Below are positions 1-14,590 of a DNA stretch of 64,000 nt, one piece after another. The number at the start of each line of letters is the position of its first letter. Positions within the stretch are counted from its first letter, which is position 1. Below the pieces are notes generated by a model. The model searched no databases and was not told the DNA's origin. It saw only the letters and a program-made list of their open reading frames with translations. Origin of the DNA: Balanoglossus misakiensis (lineage: Eukaryota > Animalia > Hemichordata); contig CM082585.2 of NCBI GenBank assembly GCA_040954595.2, forward strand, positions 5,295,808 to 5,359,807, read 5' to 3'. Position numbers and translations under genes: made by a program.

Positions 1-3000
1 AGTTACCACGGGCCCTATATCGGGTAAAGGTCCGGGCTGTGTCCACTTGCAATGATTGTACTCGTAATAGAGGGTATAAACACCGCCCGTGTAAATCAAG
101 ATTGATCAGCGGTCGTGATCATACTGTTAGAGCGATTTTCCGCTTAGCGGTTTACCAGATGTACGTAATTAGCCCCAGCATACGACATACGCAGGTATTC
201 ACAGGTTGAATCAAGCAGTCAGTGATTCCAGCGCATGTGCAGCACGGCGTGAGTTACGCGAAACACAGTGCGACGGACAAATATGTCGACAGCCTCGAAC
301 ATCAAGATTTCGAGAGACTTAGTGTTTACGTACGTATAAACAGGTTGATGTGCATGTACAAGAAGTACAATGCGCTAGTTTTCGCCCCACACCTGGCATC
401 GGATCAAATCCAGGTCATCGGAAACCAGCGGACCGTAACGCCTGCGCTCCGTTATCTCCCCGCACCCTTGAAAGAACCCTTTATCACGTTAACGGTAAAA
501 GCTCTCCGTATATGTGTGATGCCAAAACTGAATGTTAAACCGTCTGAGTGGATTCCCACCGCCACGGCTGAAAGTGACACCGCCTTGATTGAATTCGAGA
601 GGTGGTTCGAATTTAATTGGCAAAAAGTTCCCAAGATTTTGCTTGTACAGAAACGGACGATTTCGGTGTTAACTTCACTGGTAGCGACCGAATCGCATAC
701 CGTTGAAGCTGTACACACATATATATATAAAGCAAGGGGCCTTGGATTTCGTTGAAATTTATGTGTCGCGTTCGGCTGTCATTGTTTACGTATACAAACT
801 GGTCCCGCTTACAGTGTGTAAAGGAGTGTTCACTAGCTCACACAGCTTTCGAGTTAATAGAAACGATAACCGATGTTTTCTTTTCAGTTATGAAATTGAT
901 TAATGGGCAATTTCGGTATTCCATTTACGATTTATTTTCTTGTAATGTTTATCTCTTCTGGCGAAAACACGAAAATAGAGCTCATGGCGAAATTCTTTCA
1001 ATGAACCAACCTGTTGCCAAGGGTCGTGTCATTTCTCACAACACATGTCCATATGTTCAACGAAAATAATGGTGGTGAACGCTATCCTTGTAGAATTAAA
1101 CATTACCCCGGTCACAATGATGCAGACTTTCTGGGGCGAGGTTCAATGTCTACAAAGGGAGTAAATATTTCAATGAAGTATTCACCCAACTACAGCGATT
1201 GTACGTTTTATCACGTTTTCAGAATCATGGCAACGTCACATTTTTCCTGATATTAATTTTTTTTTTAATTTATTAATTTTAACGGCCGGTATAATCAGTA
1301 TTCTTTCTTAAACTTTATAAATAATTTCACATCAAAATGGCGGCAAAGCGAGGCAACCATAACAAACATTTCGTCTGCTTGACCGGCAAAAATTGTTCCT
1401 CCTCGAAAACTCAATAGCGCCTTTCATAATGGCGGTGTGATCTCCACCGGAGTCAAGGCAGGGTCACCTACAGTCCTCCAAACAGGCACCCTTTGTGTCT
1501 TAAGCGACAGAAATGACCACTATTATCACAGCGAACAACGTCCCCGAGAAGACAACACCTTGAATCAGATGGGTCGAATTGGGGTATTGATAACATTTTG
1601 CTCATTGCCTGTTGTCGTTCCGCGCCAGTTCTCCTGTTCTGCTAACTGCTGAACTCACTGTCGGCAAGTACGTAGGGCACCACGCTCACAATTCTCACAC
1701 AGATACAACAATCGCGACACTGCAGAACACACAAATCATGATTTGAGAGTTCACATTCCGAATATTTCTGTTCCAGTGGGCGGAATAACAAAATTTCGTG
1801 AAAATAAGAATATTGCCGAAGACTGATGGGTGTGTCCCTTTAAGGGTCAAAGTACTGTCTCTCTCGACAAAAGCGTCCTATTTCCAGACGTTCTCCGCAA
1901 AAGAGATTTATTTAAGAGGTCGTAAAACCATTCTTTCATAATACAAAGATTCTCGCATTCTATACCTGTACTTCTTATTCATAGCTATATCTGTTGAAAG
2001 TTTCAAAGGTATACAAACGGGGATTTACCGATACGTGCTAAATGACTACCTGCGGTCGAATCGTCGATACGTGACGACGGCCCCTTGACATGGGGAGATC
2101 ACTCTCTATTCAAAGAGTCTCGAAGGGTTGTGAACTGGGCCACAATGTTCAAAGAGGGCTTAACTCTGCGATCGTAGATAGATTGCTACAGTCATCGGGT
2201 GACTCCAAACAAGGTAAACGTCTCGCCGCAGAACTGTACTGTTGGCGCGTAAATACATTACGGTTGTCAAAATAGGGTTAGCTGCTTCCAAATACACGGA
2301 GGTCGCAGACGTGCTCAGATTTACAGGCGGTGTCAACAGGTCCTGGTAACGGGCAATTCATCGTGCGCTAAAATCTCGATGCGTGTATTTTCTCCTCTGT
2401 TTTGGCGGGTTGTCATCGTGACGTCAGTCTGTCACGACAACTACACAATTCGCCCTCAGCCTAGAATACCGCAAGTCACGCCACACGACACGATCAATGG
2501 GGCGAGTGTTTGCGACGGCGTAGAGCCGCCTAACGAAGCGTGAAATAAACCGTAAATCTAAAAAATTGAACCTCGTGGTTCTGCAAATTTCCTCTCTTTT
2601 CCGACCAGGTTTTGATAGTTGACCTGAAATTTGATGGCTGACTACCAGACGATATGCCTCTCACCCCCCCCCCCCCCGCCCTCCCCTTGCTGAGAACTTA
2701 GAGGCGCGTTTCTCAGCCTCGGGCACGGACGAAACAATGACAATAGCAGGAGAGGAACGAAGCGGAGAAAACGCGTGCAAGAACTAAAAATAAATAAAAG
2801 AACGGAATAAGGTGACTAGAAGCAACGAGGACTGTGATTGGCAAAAATGGGATATACACAATAACGCGACCGCAAAAAAACATAACCTACATATTACACC
2901 ACTGTCACTTAATAGAGTAATATTACAAAAGTACAAAAATGTATAGACGAAGCCATACATTGTAAGTTCGTGACTCGGTGAAAAGCAAACCAGTCACAAA

Positions 3001-6000
3001 AAAACGATTAACGAAACTAATATATTGAAGCCAAACGCTATGTGGGACAACGTTGCGTCTATTATCACTTCTGCCGCCCGCCCTTTATGCAAAATAAGGA
3101 ATATTAAATGGCCACTGCAAATTTTTCATAATTTTTTGTCAAATATTTTTTATGTGTATCAACCATATTTTGTTCCGATCCCAAAAGCAGTATTTTCAGT
3201 CTCAGCCCAGTCCATGTGTGCTTAATCAGCATAATTGTATTCAAGTCCGGACTTAAATGCATTTGCCAAAATAGCAATTGGCGCGCTTTACACACATACA
3301 TGACTTGTTGATGAACTGGAAATGACCATATTGCTATTTAGTAGGTAGGGGAACAAGAAAATGTTGTTATAAACATATAATAAAACAAAAATACTGAAAA
3401 AATAACAAGAAGTTACAGCCGTTCTCAAGGAAAGATACCGCCAACGTGAAAGCCCATTTTTTCTCTATCAGATAATTGATTTATTTCTGTGCAGTCTGAG
3501 TGCTGGTTGATCACTACACATGTCCACGACATGACGAGAGGGTAAATTCTATTTTCATTATTGCTTGGGGTATATCTCGTACGAGACAGAGGTTTTCGGC
3601 AAAAGAACCAGACGCTCATCCGGCAGTAAACCTTTTCGTTATTGATAATCGTTAATAAGCTGGCGTCTTTGCAAAAGTGCCCTTCTCGCGTGTCTGCGGG
3701 GCCTTACTAGTAGACAATGAAAATAAATCATGGAACTAGGTACCATCTTGAAAAAGACCAGAGATATTAAATTTAAACTATGTGCATATGGGGAAAGGGA
3801 AACACAGTTACATTTATCAGAGACTGGTTAGTTAACGTTTGTGAAGAATTCGTTCCGTATAAAATGAATAAATGACATTCCTTAATCATGGGAATTTTGT
3901 AGAATTCTGTTGCCCCGGGGAAATGAAATAACAAGGTAATTGAAAAACAAATCAAAGCAAAATCTGGAGTATATATGTAGTACATTTGATGGATTCTGAA
4001 CTGACGGAGCAGAAATGAAATCAAATACACAAACTGTCAGTGTTGAGATATAGAAGGCTGTGAACTTGCGGATTCCTGGTCAAGCGCGGAGAATAGCTTA
4101 CTGACTCAGCAGTAACCGTCAGCACATTTCAGGATCTGGGCTAAGAAAGACCACGAAACGAATAAAACCACTCTGGAAAAGCCGCACCTCAAGAAACTAT
4201 TTAAGATCGAACATTGTGACATGTGTAGATACAAGTTATAACATATTTGTCTCTTCCACAACGATCAATTTGAAAGAAATCGACATTTTAATCTTATGTG
4301 CACACAGAAGACACGACACCTCTAGTCCTATATACTTGAATGACGTTTTCCTGTGGTAAGTTAAGTAAAGGCATTAGTCATGATTACCCCTGACCGAACA
4401 AGATCTCGTGAACTAATTACGAGAGGATAGTCACTAAATACTGGCTGACGGTTTAAAGAAACAAATAAAATACACGCCATGTCAATTCCTATGCAATGAA
4501 CACGCCCGAGGTGAAATCAACATTTACAAATATGCGACCACCTGCTCTGAAAAGGTAGGAAAACTGAAAGATTTCGCCGAGTTTAATTCATTGATTTACC
4601 GAACTCGACTGTATGAGGATAGGGGGAATCAGTTACATCGCCAACGGCGTCATAGATTAATCCTATATGACTGTCGAAAGTCGATTTGCCTATACTAACC
4701 CTGCACGTCATTCAGCGAAAGCTCCGTAGAAGCCAGCTTTATAAATTGCCGTAAAGCAACGAATAGATTACATTGAACAAGTCAGAAGAGACGGTTTGAT
4801 GTCGATCACTTAAAGTTTCGACTCGGTAGGCTCAATCTCGTCGTAAACAGTTTCATTTGAGCTAAAAAGTCTTACATTAGTGACAATTTCAGGTCGTGAC
4901 GCAGATGTGAAAAGTTCCTAGTAAGTCACGTGACAGCGCCGCCGAGGTAAATTCTTGAACTACATGTATATGAATATTTGTTAGTAAGACAAGTACTTCT
5001 TTTGTCGCGCTAAGTCCGGGGAAGCATATTTAATAGAGAATACAAATTAAACTACAGTCGATAGACACAATAAATACAATGAAAACACTGGCTAAAATAA
5101 AAACTATCGGTGCTTTAAGATGAAAATAAAACACCATTGTGGTGTTTATGTAATTGTACAATTACGATTGCGCGATCATTGAAGCACTCGGCAAAGTTCA
5201 GCAATACATTTATCAAACACTTGATATCGCTGTAGTAGCTTGCATACCGTAGCATAGCAACCTAACATGCAGAACACAGACAATGAACGCACGTCGAACC
5301 TAACAACAAAATACGCAAACAAAAAGTTTTCTTGCGATATCGTCAATAATCGCCAGTTTCGACAAGATATCGCTCGGGAAGTGGGCTTAGTGAAACTGAT
5401 ACACGTGAACAAAGATTCGCTTGTTTAGTTTCTGGTGTACCGTGTCACGGGGGCGATCGCGGCGGAGGTCTGGAACCCCTCACCGTTCTCCTCCGTGTCA
5501 CCCCGCTATTATTCCCCACTTTCGTGGCATTCATTTTCCCTCAATGACGTTACTTGAAGTGCCCTCGTGTTCTACATGTTTCGCGTGACCCCGGCTGACC
5601 CCGCTGTGTACATTTCCCGTAGTGTGTATATTTGCACAAGTTGTCGTCGGCAGCAATTTTTTGGCGGTTCTAGTGGGTGAAAAGAAAACCTTGAACAGAA
5701 AGGGCCATGGACCGCGGCTGGCTGGAAACTCAAGAAATCTTCAAATAAACTCCTCCAAGAAAAACAAACAAATGGCACTGAATTGACTGGGGGTCAATGT
5801 TTTTGGCATTTTCTTGCCGCAAGGAGGTCTTCGATATCGACGATAGTTCCTGCGTGCGTTGTGTCGTCAATGCGAACAACTTCAACACGGCTAACGCTGA
5901 GCCCGAGGCATCCATCATATTCAATACTTCAAGGGACGAAGAAAAATATATTAAATTAGAAAGGTGTAGGGCTATACTTACAGGTAAACTCAAGATGAAC

Positions 6001-6689
6001 ATTTTCCACCTGGTATGAACAGTGACTCCCCATACCGTACAGTCTAAACCTCTCACAGGCTTGCATATTGCACTGCTGTAGTTCGCTACTGCAGACAGTC
6101 GTGCCCCTATAATCAGCTAGAGCCAGCACAGGGTTGTGTTGTTGTGGATCCGTATCCCTACCACTCCGGTCCCTGGTAGTTTTGTAGCGTCCCTCCATCA
6201 ATAACCAGATTTGGGGAATCGTAACTCCCGCCATTACTGTTTACCTGCAGCTGGCCCAATGTCTTTATCGATGACGTAATAACCTCGCCCGTTCATTGGT
6301 CAAGTCGCTGTAACGCCATACACGACCGATAGATATCCTCGCTCGAGTCCGAAATTTTGAGGACACTCATTCGATTATGGGAGAATGCTTTGAGAGGGTG
6401 CAAAAATCACACAGTAGCATACGAGGGTTACCCACTCGGTAATGATTAAGCCAGATCACACATATTACCCCATACTCAAATACGCATATGTGACTGTCAA
6501 ATCTGCAAATCAAACTTGTGTATATCAGCATCACGGCGAGAGAAATGCACTTACACAGTCAACGTGCGGTCCAATTTGACACATTTCTCTTCTTGTCAAT
6601 AATACTACTACGGTACCGTTGCCAACTTATAACACAGTTGAACACGTTGACATTTTCTTTAATAAAATCTTTCTTTTTTTTCTTTACAG

Positions 6690-9600
6690 AAAGAAAGCCA
6701 AGGTTGACGATTCGTTCATCTCCTACGATTGTTACGACGATGACGTCACACTCAGGCTCGTCAAGGCAGCGTCAGAAGTTGCTTGTGAGTTTTCCTGATC
6801 ACTCCGCGTACTCTTTTTGTTTCTGTGCGTCTCTCAGTTCGTTGCAGAGACTTTGATTGACTTTTGTCGAATCAAAATTTCAGATTTAAGATTTTGGTTA
6901 GTTGTCGAGTGTTGTCAATTTTGTTTGCACGAAGACAACGTAACACTATACGTATAAAGTGATTGAATAATTCTTCGGTACACGTTGGCATATAGCTGTC
7001 GACCACTGTGTACTTTCTTAATCCACATTTACAGTCACGTTATTGTGTTTACTTCATGAACTTTCCAACACAGTCAAGTTTCAAGTATGCGCGCATAATA
7101 AATACATGGAATAAGATTCAGTATAAGATGCAGAAACATCTTACAAAGCAAGCGTCGGGCGAGCCCTCTCACGAAGGAGTTGAACGACTTGGAAATTACT
7201 ATGGTCATAAACACAATGCAGTCGTACAGCGTATAATGCGCTTCGCTTTTGTCGACTCCAAAAGGCCGATGTTGGGTGGGGGGATCTATAGATCCAGCTT
7301 TGGGCCGCTTGATTTTCTCTGTAAGTTGTTGACATTGGAAAGTTCACTTATTGTTGTGGCGTACGAAAATACCCACCTCTGTCATTGGCACCAGAGTGAG
7401 TTTAATCGGCAATGAAAGAATTCGGCGCAACCCGTGGTGTTTGCGTGTTTGCAGTTAGGTTTGGCGATATCAAAGGGATGTGTTTTACCCTTTTCAGGCT
7501 GTTTTTCCAAAAGAAATATGCCACTGTTACCACGCCCTCTAACGGTAAGATGGTGGGAAATGACAGGTCTTATTTTACTGACGGTATAACTTTGCCTGTG
7601 ACAACAAAAATAGAGTACCTGAAAAAGGAAAACGTGTCAAATAAATTAAAATAATTTGTATTTCAGCGCTTGAGGTCGATACAATATTGGAGACCTTTGG
7701 GGAGTACTTCTTCGTGTTTTGTCAACGCTCAGGCTATGACGAGATGTTACGAACACTGGGCGGAAACCTCCGAAGCTTCCTCGAGAATTTGGACTCACTC
7801 CACAGTTACCTGAGCTTCTCCTACAAAAACATGGACGCCCCGTCTTTTCGCTGTGAACGAGAAGATGACGATACGTTGATCCTTCATTACTATTCCAGTA
7901 GAAAGGGCTTTCACCCCATAGTGGTTGGTAAGGCCGGAAGTTTGTTCCATCTGCAGGTGTCCCACAATGCATCAGTAGAACCTAGTCGCCATCTTACTGT
8001 CGTGACGTGGGTTTCCGAAATGGCCTTCATTTTTCGACCTTCTAATTCTGTCTGTCTGTCTGTCTGTCCGTCCGTCTGGTCTGTCTGTCTGTCTCTCGGG
8101 TTTGACTTCCTTTCTTTCTTTCTGTCTGTCCGTCTGTTCTGGTCTGTTTATCCATCGACTCTGAACGGTTAATCATAACATTTCTTCAAACTTATTCACT
8201 CATTCACTGACTAGGCCAAACAAGGAAGTCGGGTATTTCTGAATGCATTGTGGGATAGCTGCAAACCACTATGGATTTTGGAGGGGTATATTTGTTTGGT
8301 GACTTCCGCGTGTATGACGTGCAAAATCATGATCGTTCTTCTAAATTTCCGATAACCATCGATGCTTACTCGCTTTTAAGAAACCGCTTTGAAACAAAGC
8401 ATTGCTGGAATGGATATCTATATAGTGTCTGTGAGCATCTGCCTTCATTCTATGGGAAATATGCTAATACACGTATGTTGAAATTCTTACAAGCAACTGT
8501 AATACATGTAGTATAGAACAATCTGGAAATCTTCGTGCACTTCTGCCGCTGCGCATGCGTTAGCTGTTCTGCACAGGAAACTATTTTGAATTTTGAGATG
8601 ACACGATTGTTTCAATCAAATGAATGACAACGAACGCCTCTTTTCCAGTTTGTAATCTATTGTAAGATCTTCTGTCTGGACTACCAGCAAGCGCAATTAA
8701 GGAAGAAACACTTTTGTTCAACAAGTCGACGCGTTGGAACGCTGTTCTATATGCTAGTATATAAGGCGGTAGCTCTTTATGTAGTAAGTCTTTGATGCAT
8801 CGCCCGCACGACCATTTCTTTGCACAAAATTGCACCTGAGCTAACTTGCACCTATCAGCACAATATAAAATGCAGCCAGATCGCACTCTACCTGAGCACA
8901 ACCTTAACCCTATGTTCTACCCATGGTTTTCCCGTCGTGCATCACACCGGAAACCTAGTCCGTCGTTGTAGTCACCACCCAAATTCCCGGAACCCCATGC
9001 ATGCTCTCGCCCGCCCCCTACCCTTCCATCCTTGGCCATGGTTTTGATAATACTTATGGGTAAGAAATTTGGAGAGTTGGACTCGCATTGTCTGACGACA
9101 AAAAATTTCTGTCCTCTAGGCATTATCAGAGCGGTTGCTAGGGAGTTCTTTGAGAGCGAACTCAAGATGCAAATCATAAAACAGACCCATGAAAACGAAA
9201 GGAACGGCAAGAAGGAACACGTGGTGTTCTCAATACTGCAGAAAAAGATTGAGACAAAGCAAGTGGATGACGGACCGCCAAAATTCGTGGCGCAAACAAG
9301 AAAACACAGTGAACCACTACTCAATAAGCAGGTGCGTGCCATATTAATATTCATATATTCATAATAATTAGTTGTAACGTAAAACTCTCCTTTTTTTGAC
9401 AAGTGAAATTTATACTTTATTAGCCTACAAGAGGCACAACAGTAAGCTTGTCTTGAGCCAATTTCCTCCAGGACCCCTCCGGACATATCAAAAGGTTTCG
9501 CCCTTATTTATGTGTTTTCTGATGAAACGTTTCCTTCCTTTACAAGCAAGTCGAGGATGAGCTGATAGAGCTCGATTTGGAGGAACAGGATGAGGTAGGA

Positions 9601-12600
9601 ACGAGGCTGAACAGATGCATGATGGTACATGTGACCGGGTCAATAGTTCACAAATGTCTTCCTTTGCGACCGACCCTAATTTCTTAGCCGAATTACGCCC
9701 TCTATGTTCAAATTTAATATGCATGTGGTCTTTTGACAAGTCTAATATTATTCTAATATATTGTAGACTATGTTTCCTTGCATTTTCCCTATTTAAATTT
9801 TTTCCCGACAAACTCTACCCACCATGCCAAGAGGCTTATGATATGAAACAAATAAAATGTCGCCCGAGCCTGGTAGTTTTGTTGTGTTCATATTCCCACG
9901 AGTGTCTATGTTCTGTTCAACCTTGCGAGCATGATTTGTCCTACTAACGGTATTTTCAGTTTGCACGCGTTTTAGAATTGGTGTGTTTGGTTGTTGTGGT
10001 AGGTGAAGAATCTTTCATATAGGGGTCATGAAAATGGCCTGCATGACCTTATAATCACTTCAAATTGCAGCATTTGTCAATAAATTACGTGCTGAATTAC
10101 AAAAGTGACTCTTTTTCAATCAACATTTTACACGTTTCTTGTCCCAAAATGTTGACTATTTTGACAACGCCATACCGCCAGAAGTACAATGACGTATGGT
10201 CATATTGGGGTCATGAAAGTGGCCTAGTCAGGCAAGCGTGTAGTCTCGGTTACCCAGACGCCTTGCTTTTACTCTAGGAAATGTTGTTTCAAGCGTGAAA
10301 CTGAGATAACACTTACCTTTCTTTTTCCAGGATGTCGATCAAGTGATGAGAAATTTGGAGAACATGAAGGAGAAAGGAGTATCCCTGGGAAAGCGCCGAT
10401 CCATTGCTCAAATCAAATCGTTGGTGGCGCTCTCCAGCTTGTACCACACCTTCACGCCGTCCTACCCGAACAAATTCTGGATGAACCAGAAGATATTCTG
10501 CGACAATTTCCCGTTCCACGTGGTTTTCGACCGTGAGCTCAGGGTCAAGCAGTCGGGGTTTCACATACAGAGGATTATGCCCCGCATCAGGAACTTCGAC
10601 ACAAAAATTACCCTCTTTTTCAGTCTTGTTCACCCGCAAATTGACTGGAATTTGGAGAGTATTTCAAAATTTATCAACCAGCTGTTCATCTTGGAGACGA
10701 AGAAATCGATGGTCAGTCCCGAGTGGGAAGACAGGCCCATGTTACAACTTCGAGGTAAGTAGCCTGTCGATGTAGAATTTTGGGGATTATGGTCAACACT
10801 GAGCATGCGTCAATGTATCGTAGCAGGGGTAGGGAAAACTGCCGAACGATGAAAAGTGGTTATTAATGTATTTTGCATTAATGTGTCTCTGTCAGAGATT
10901 TTCCTTTAGTCACTTACTTGACATTAAGATTTTTTTTAAATATATGAGACTAAATTAGCGAGGATTAAAATGCATTTAGTCTATATCTCTCAAACGCATT
11001 GTCACAGAGAATGTATAATTCGAAGAATTTCGCAGACGACCGATATTTTCAGATGTGTTGTCAGAAAGTGGTGAATGCAAATTTACGACGCGATGGACAC
11101 TTTTGGAAAGGCAAATCCCTACAGGTAAATATTTTTGACAAAATAACGAAATTATTCCTGCGAATAATCAACTTCCGTGTTTTTTTATCAGGGCAAATGG
11201 TTTGGATGGAGGATTTTGACTGCATGGTCTATCTCTGCTCGCCTCGCCTCGGCAGTCTGAAAGAAATGGAAGACAGAGGCCTCCATCTTGCCGACATCCC
11301 GCTCCATGACGTCACACGAGACTTGATCCTTTTCAACCAGCAGCGGTTGGCCGAAATCGAGCTGGGCAAACAGCTTGAAATCAAGAAAGAGGAACTGCGC
11401 AGGGCCATGGAGGATTTGGAGGCCGAGAAAGCCAGAACGGACATGCTGTTGCACTCCATGTTGCCGAGACAGGTGGCCGACCAATTGCGGGACGGCAAAC
11501 GAGTTGAAGCAGGTGAAGTCACAAGTTTGAGGTTTTGAGCCGAAAACGGGTCAATTTTTGCTTGTAATCGGTGACGTTAAAACAAGTCGACGCTCGAATA
11601 TACCGTCATTTTACTATGAATAGTTATCACGTGGCGGTTTTATGCAACAATAAAAAATAAGTCAGCCATCTTCCTGGGTCAAAAAAGATGGCGGTCGCCA
11701 TATCTTAAAACATTCCCTTTCTTTCCATGCGGTTGTTTTGGCATTCATCACTATCGTGTTTGACTTTCTGGCCAAACGTTGATAATTCCAGCAGTCGGCC
11801 ATGTTATTTTTGATGAAAAGACATGATTAAGTACAGCGGGCGACATGTCTTTCGTGAACGAATTGACGTGTACCAGTACATTGCTGTTGTAGAAGATGAC
11901 CACATCCCAAATATGAAAAATGTAAAATCATATGGTAACGTTGACATTTTTTGTCGTTTTTCTTTTCATGTAGGAGAATATGCGGAAGTGACGATACTTT
12001 TCAGCGACATTGTATCGTTCACGGCGATCTGCTCCCAGTCGAAGCCGATCGATATCGTCAATATGCTGAACAGTCTCTACGTCAGGTTTGACAAACTTAC
12101 AAGTGTGCACGACGTATACAAGGTAAATGACATCACGATACCAGCACAGAAGAGGGGAATATGTGAACCCTTTCTGTCGCAAAATGTCGTCTGCTCAATC
12201 GACTATGCTATTGCAGTCGAATGAATTCAGATCTTTGACACAAATAAATGCTCATTTTACGGGATTTGTTTATAAGGCGAATACTGGTCAATCCGCATTT
12301 CATCAAATATGAACAAAAACTGCAGTCATTCACGGCGCTTGAACAGCGTGCCTTCAAAACTTGTACCTCTTGTCTGCATTCTTACGTGTGATTTTTGCCT
12401 CTGCAAGGTGGAGACCATAGGCGATGCATACATGGTGGTTGGCGGTCTGCCCATACCGGTGAGAACTCACACGGAAAGAATAGCCAACATGGCGCTCGGG
12501 ATGATAATTACGTCAGTGGAGGTCAGTTCGCCGGTCACGGGAGAGCCAATAGGGGTAAGTCTTTTGTTGGTCAAGAACTCTTACTTTCAACACCGATTAC

Positions 12601-13938
12601 ATGTACATGTACGTATAGACCCTGTCACATGATGACCCTATTGAGTAGGTACGGTTATCACTCTTGTCTATACAGACCTATAGAAAGTAGTAATCGGTAC
12701 ACTACACAATCTAACAGTTATACACGTGTACAGAAAAAGCATCGTCTATTAGATTGCATTAAACAAAAATCAGTGATATTATCTCTATGTGTACATGTAT
12801 CACAAACGGTTCTACTTTGTCTCTCAAACAGATCCGGGTCGGAATTCATTGTGGCCCAGCTTTGGCAGGCGTTGTCGGCGAAAAAATGCCGAGGTATTGT
12901 CTGTTTGGCGACTCGGTAAACATAGCGTCCCGGATGGAGAGCCACGGAGAGCCGGGCAAAATCCACCTCAGTTCGTCGGCCTACAGGTTAGTATGAACAG
13001 CGTCTAGTGCGCTTCATGTTGTGTTATGCGCTTGGTGTGATGGCTGACCAATACGTGTATGGTCCGCCATTTTACTCATGGTGGTAAAATGGCGGACAGT
13101 GGGCAGACGACCAATACAGACCCCCTCCCTGCCTAGAAGATCTCAGACAATCTTGTTTCTTTGGCTTTTGAAAAATATCTTATTGAACAATATTAGATGA
13201 CAGTAAGAAAAAAACATGTTTTCTCTCCAGAAATCTTGCGGGTAAAGGATACCAGATAGTGGAGAGGGGAGAAATCATCGTGAAGGGGAAAGGATCGATG
13301 TCAACGTACTTTCTCGAAGGAAACGATAACGCCACGGTGGACGAGATCTTGGGGAGAGGAATACAGAGATCGACACGTGATGTCAGGAGGGGCGACAGTA
13401 GATACTCACACAGGTCGTCTTCGGAGAAGGCGGACTCTATGAAGTACTCGCCCACAAGAGGGATGAACGGTACGTATACTGCAGTCATCTACCATTTTCA
13501 ATCTTTGTCTCGTGCATGCAAGCGGGATCCACATTTCATTACTGGCGCCATTTTTGGCTGCACGCATGCGCTGTCATTGAATGCCCTATCTTTTACATGT
13601 TAAGTTCTTTGCGCATGCGTTACTCTGCATTGCTACGAAGACGCACATTAAAGTGAGTAATCACATTTTACAATTTATTTGCAGAGGGTGGTGGGAATTA
13701 CCAGGAGCAAGACCCAGTCATTCCAATGTATTACCCAGACAACGAAAACAGACGACAAGGAGAGGACGAGCGCTCCAGACCAGTGTTCACTAAAACAAAC
13801 AGCGACACGGAGCCAGGTAAAGAAGCAGACAATAATACATTGAAGACGCCATATTGTTACAACGGTGGTCACCTGACTGTTGCTTCCATTCAGATGGTGC
13901 AAGCAAGCAAGGTGAACATCAAGAAATGTCACCACTGA
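6690..13938 (+). CDS. GUCY1B2: Soluble guanylate cyclase, beta-2-like subunit (H-NOX, PAS/H-NOBA, coiled coil, cyclase); 5' end not located
   Basis: GT-AG exons that splice in one frame: 6690-6784, 7667-7927, 9120-9331, 10331-10754, 11192-11512, 11974-12122, 12408-12554, 12832-12986, 13231-13469, 13685-13938 (TGA). H-NOX: [28 protein letters not shown] (haem His) and LHYYSSR (YxSxR). PAS: [21 protein letters not shown]. Cyclase: [43 protein letters not shown]. The [13 protein letters not shown]..LHSYL..SY..M.APSFR block matches vertebrate beta-2 as I recall it; the symbol is by recognition, not by search. Confidence 0.9.
8047..8150. repeat. Degenerate (TCTG)n simple repeat in an sGC intron
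   Basis: Seen directly. Confidence 0.75.
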
Positions 13939-14407
13939 CTCAGAAAGTGGCCGTAATGTATTGAATCTGTATCAAAGCATTCTGACGTCATACAGTTGAC
14001 ATTATTTCTGTTTGCACCAACTGAGCAGCAACACTCGAGTGACCATCACTGTATAAGTATGGTAATAATAATATAATTGTATTTTAGATGTCCTAACCAC
14101 TTTTTATTTGCATTAAAGCTCCATTGTACGGACGTTTATGTACTTTTTTTACCAAAAATATCGTCAAATTCTCTATAATTATGACGCTTGGCATCATAGA
14201 GAAACGTTTTGGATTACAGTTAGCGTGTACGCGGGGGTATACATTTTTGTAAAGAAGGCGTCCAAATTCTGGCTGCAACTATTATATAATTAATTTATTC
14301 ATTTGATAACTGAATGATAACACAAAAGAGAAGCGATACATTTGCATGTTATTAGCATATTTCTAACCCTAAAGGGACATACCGGGAACGTTTTGCAATA
14401 GATGTCA

Positions 14408-14590
14408 TGTAATGTAATGTAATGCCATACCATACCATACCATACCATACCATACCATACCATACCATACCATACCATACCATACCATACCATACCATAC
14501 CATACCATACCATCATATATTGTAATGTAGTGTATTGTAATGTTAGAGTACTGTCGTGCAATGTAATGTAATGTTATATGTAATGTAATG
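14408..14590. repeat. Pentanucleotide microsatellite (CATAC)17 flanked by degenerate (AATGT)n
   Basis: Perfect catac units at 14426-14510; this is the source of the spurious YGMVW-repeat ORFs. Confidence 0.95.

Noticed and set aside
222-755. 177-aa ORF at the window start
   Set aside because: GTG start, no recognisable domain and no H-NOX similarity; probably chance.
5730-6234. Overlapping minus-strand ORFs around a possible 55-nt intron (5981-5927)
   Set aside because: No splice phase gave a recognisable protein, and two of the three frames hit stops.
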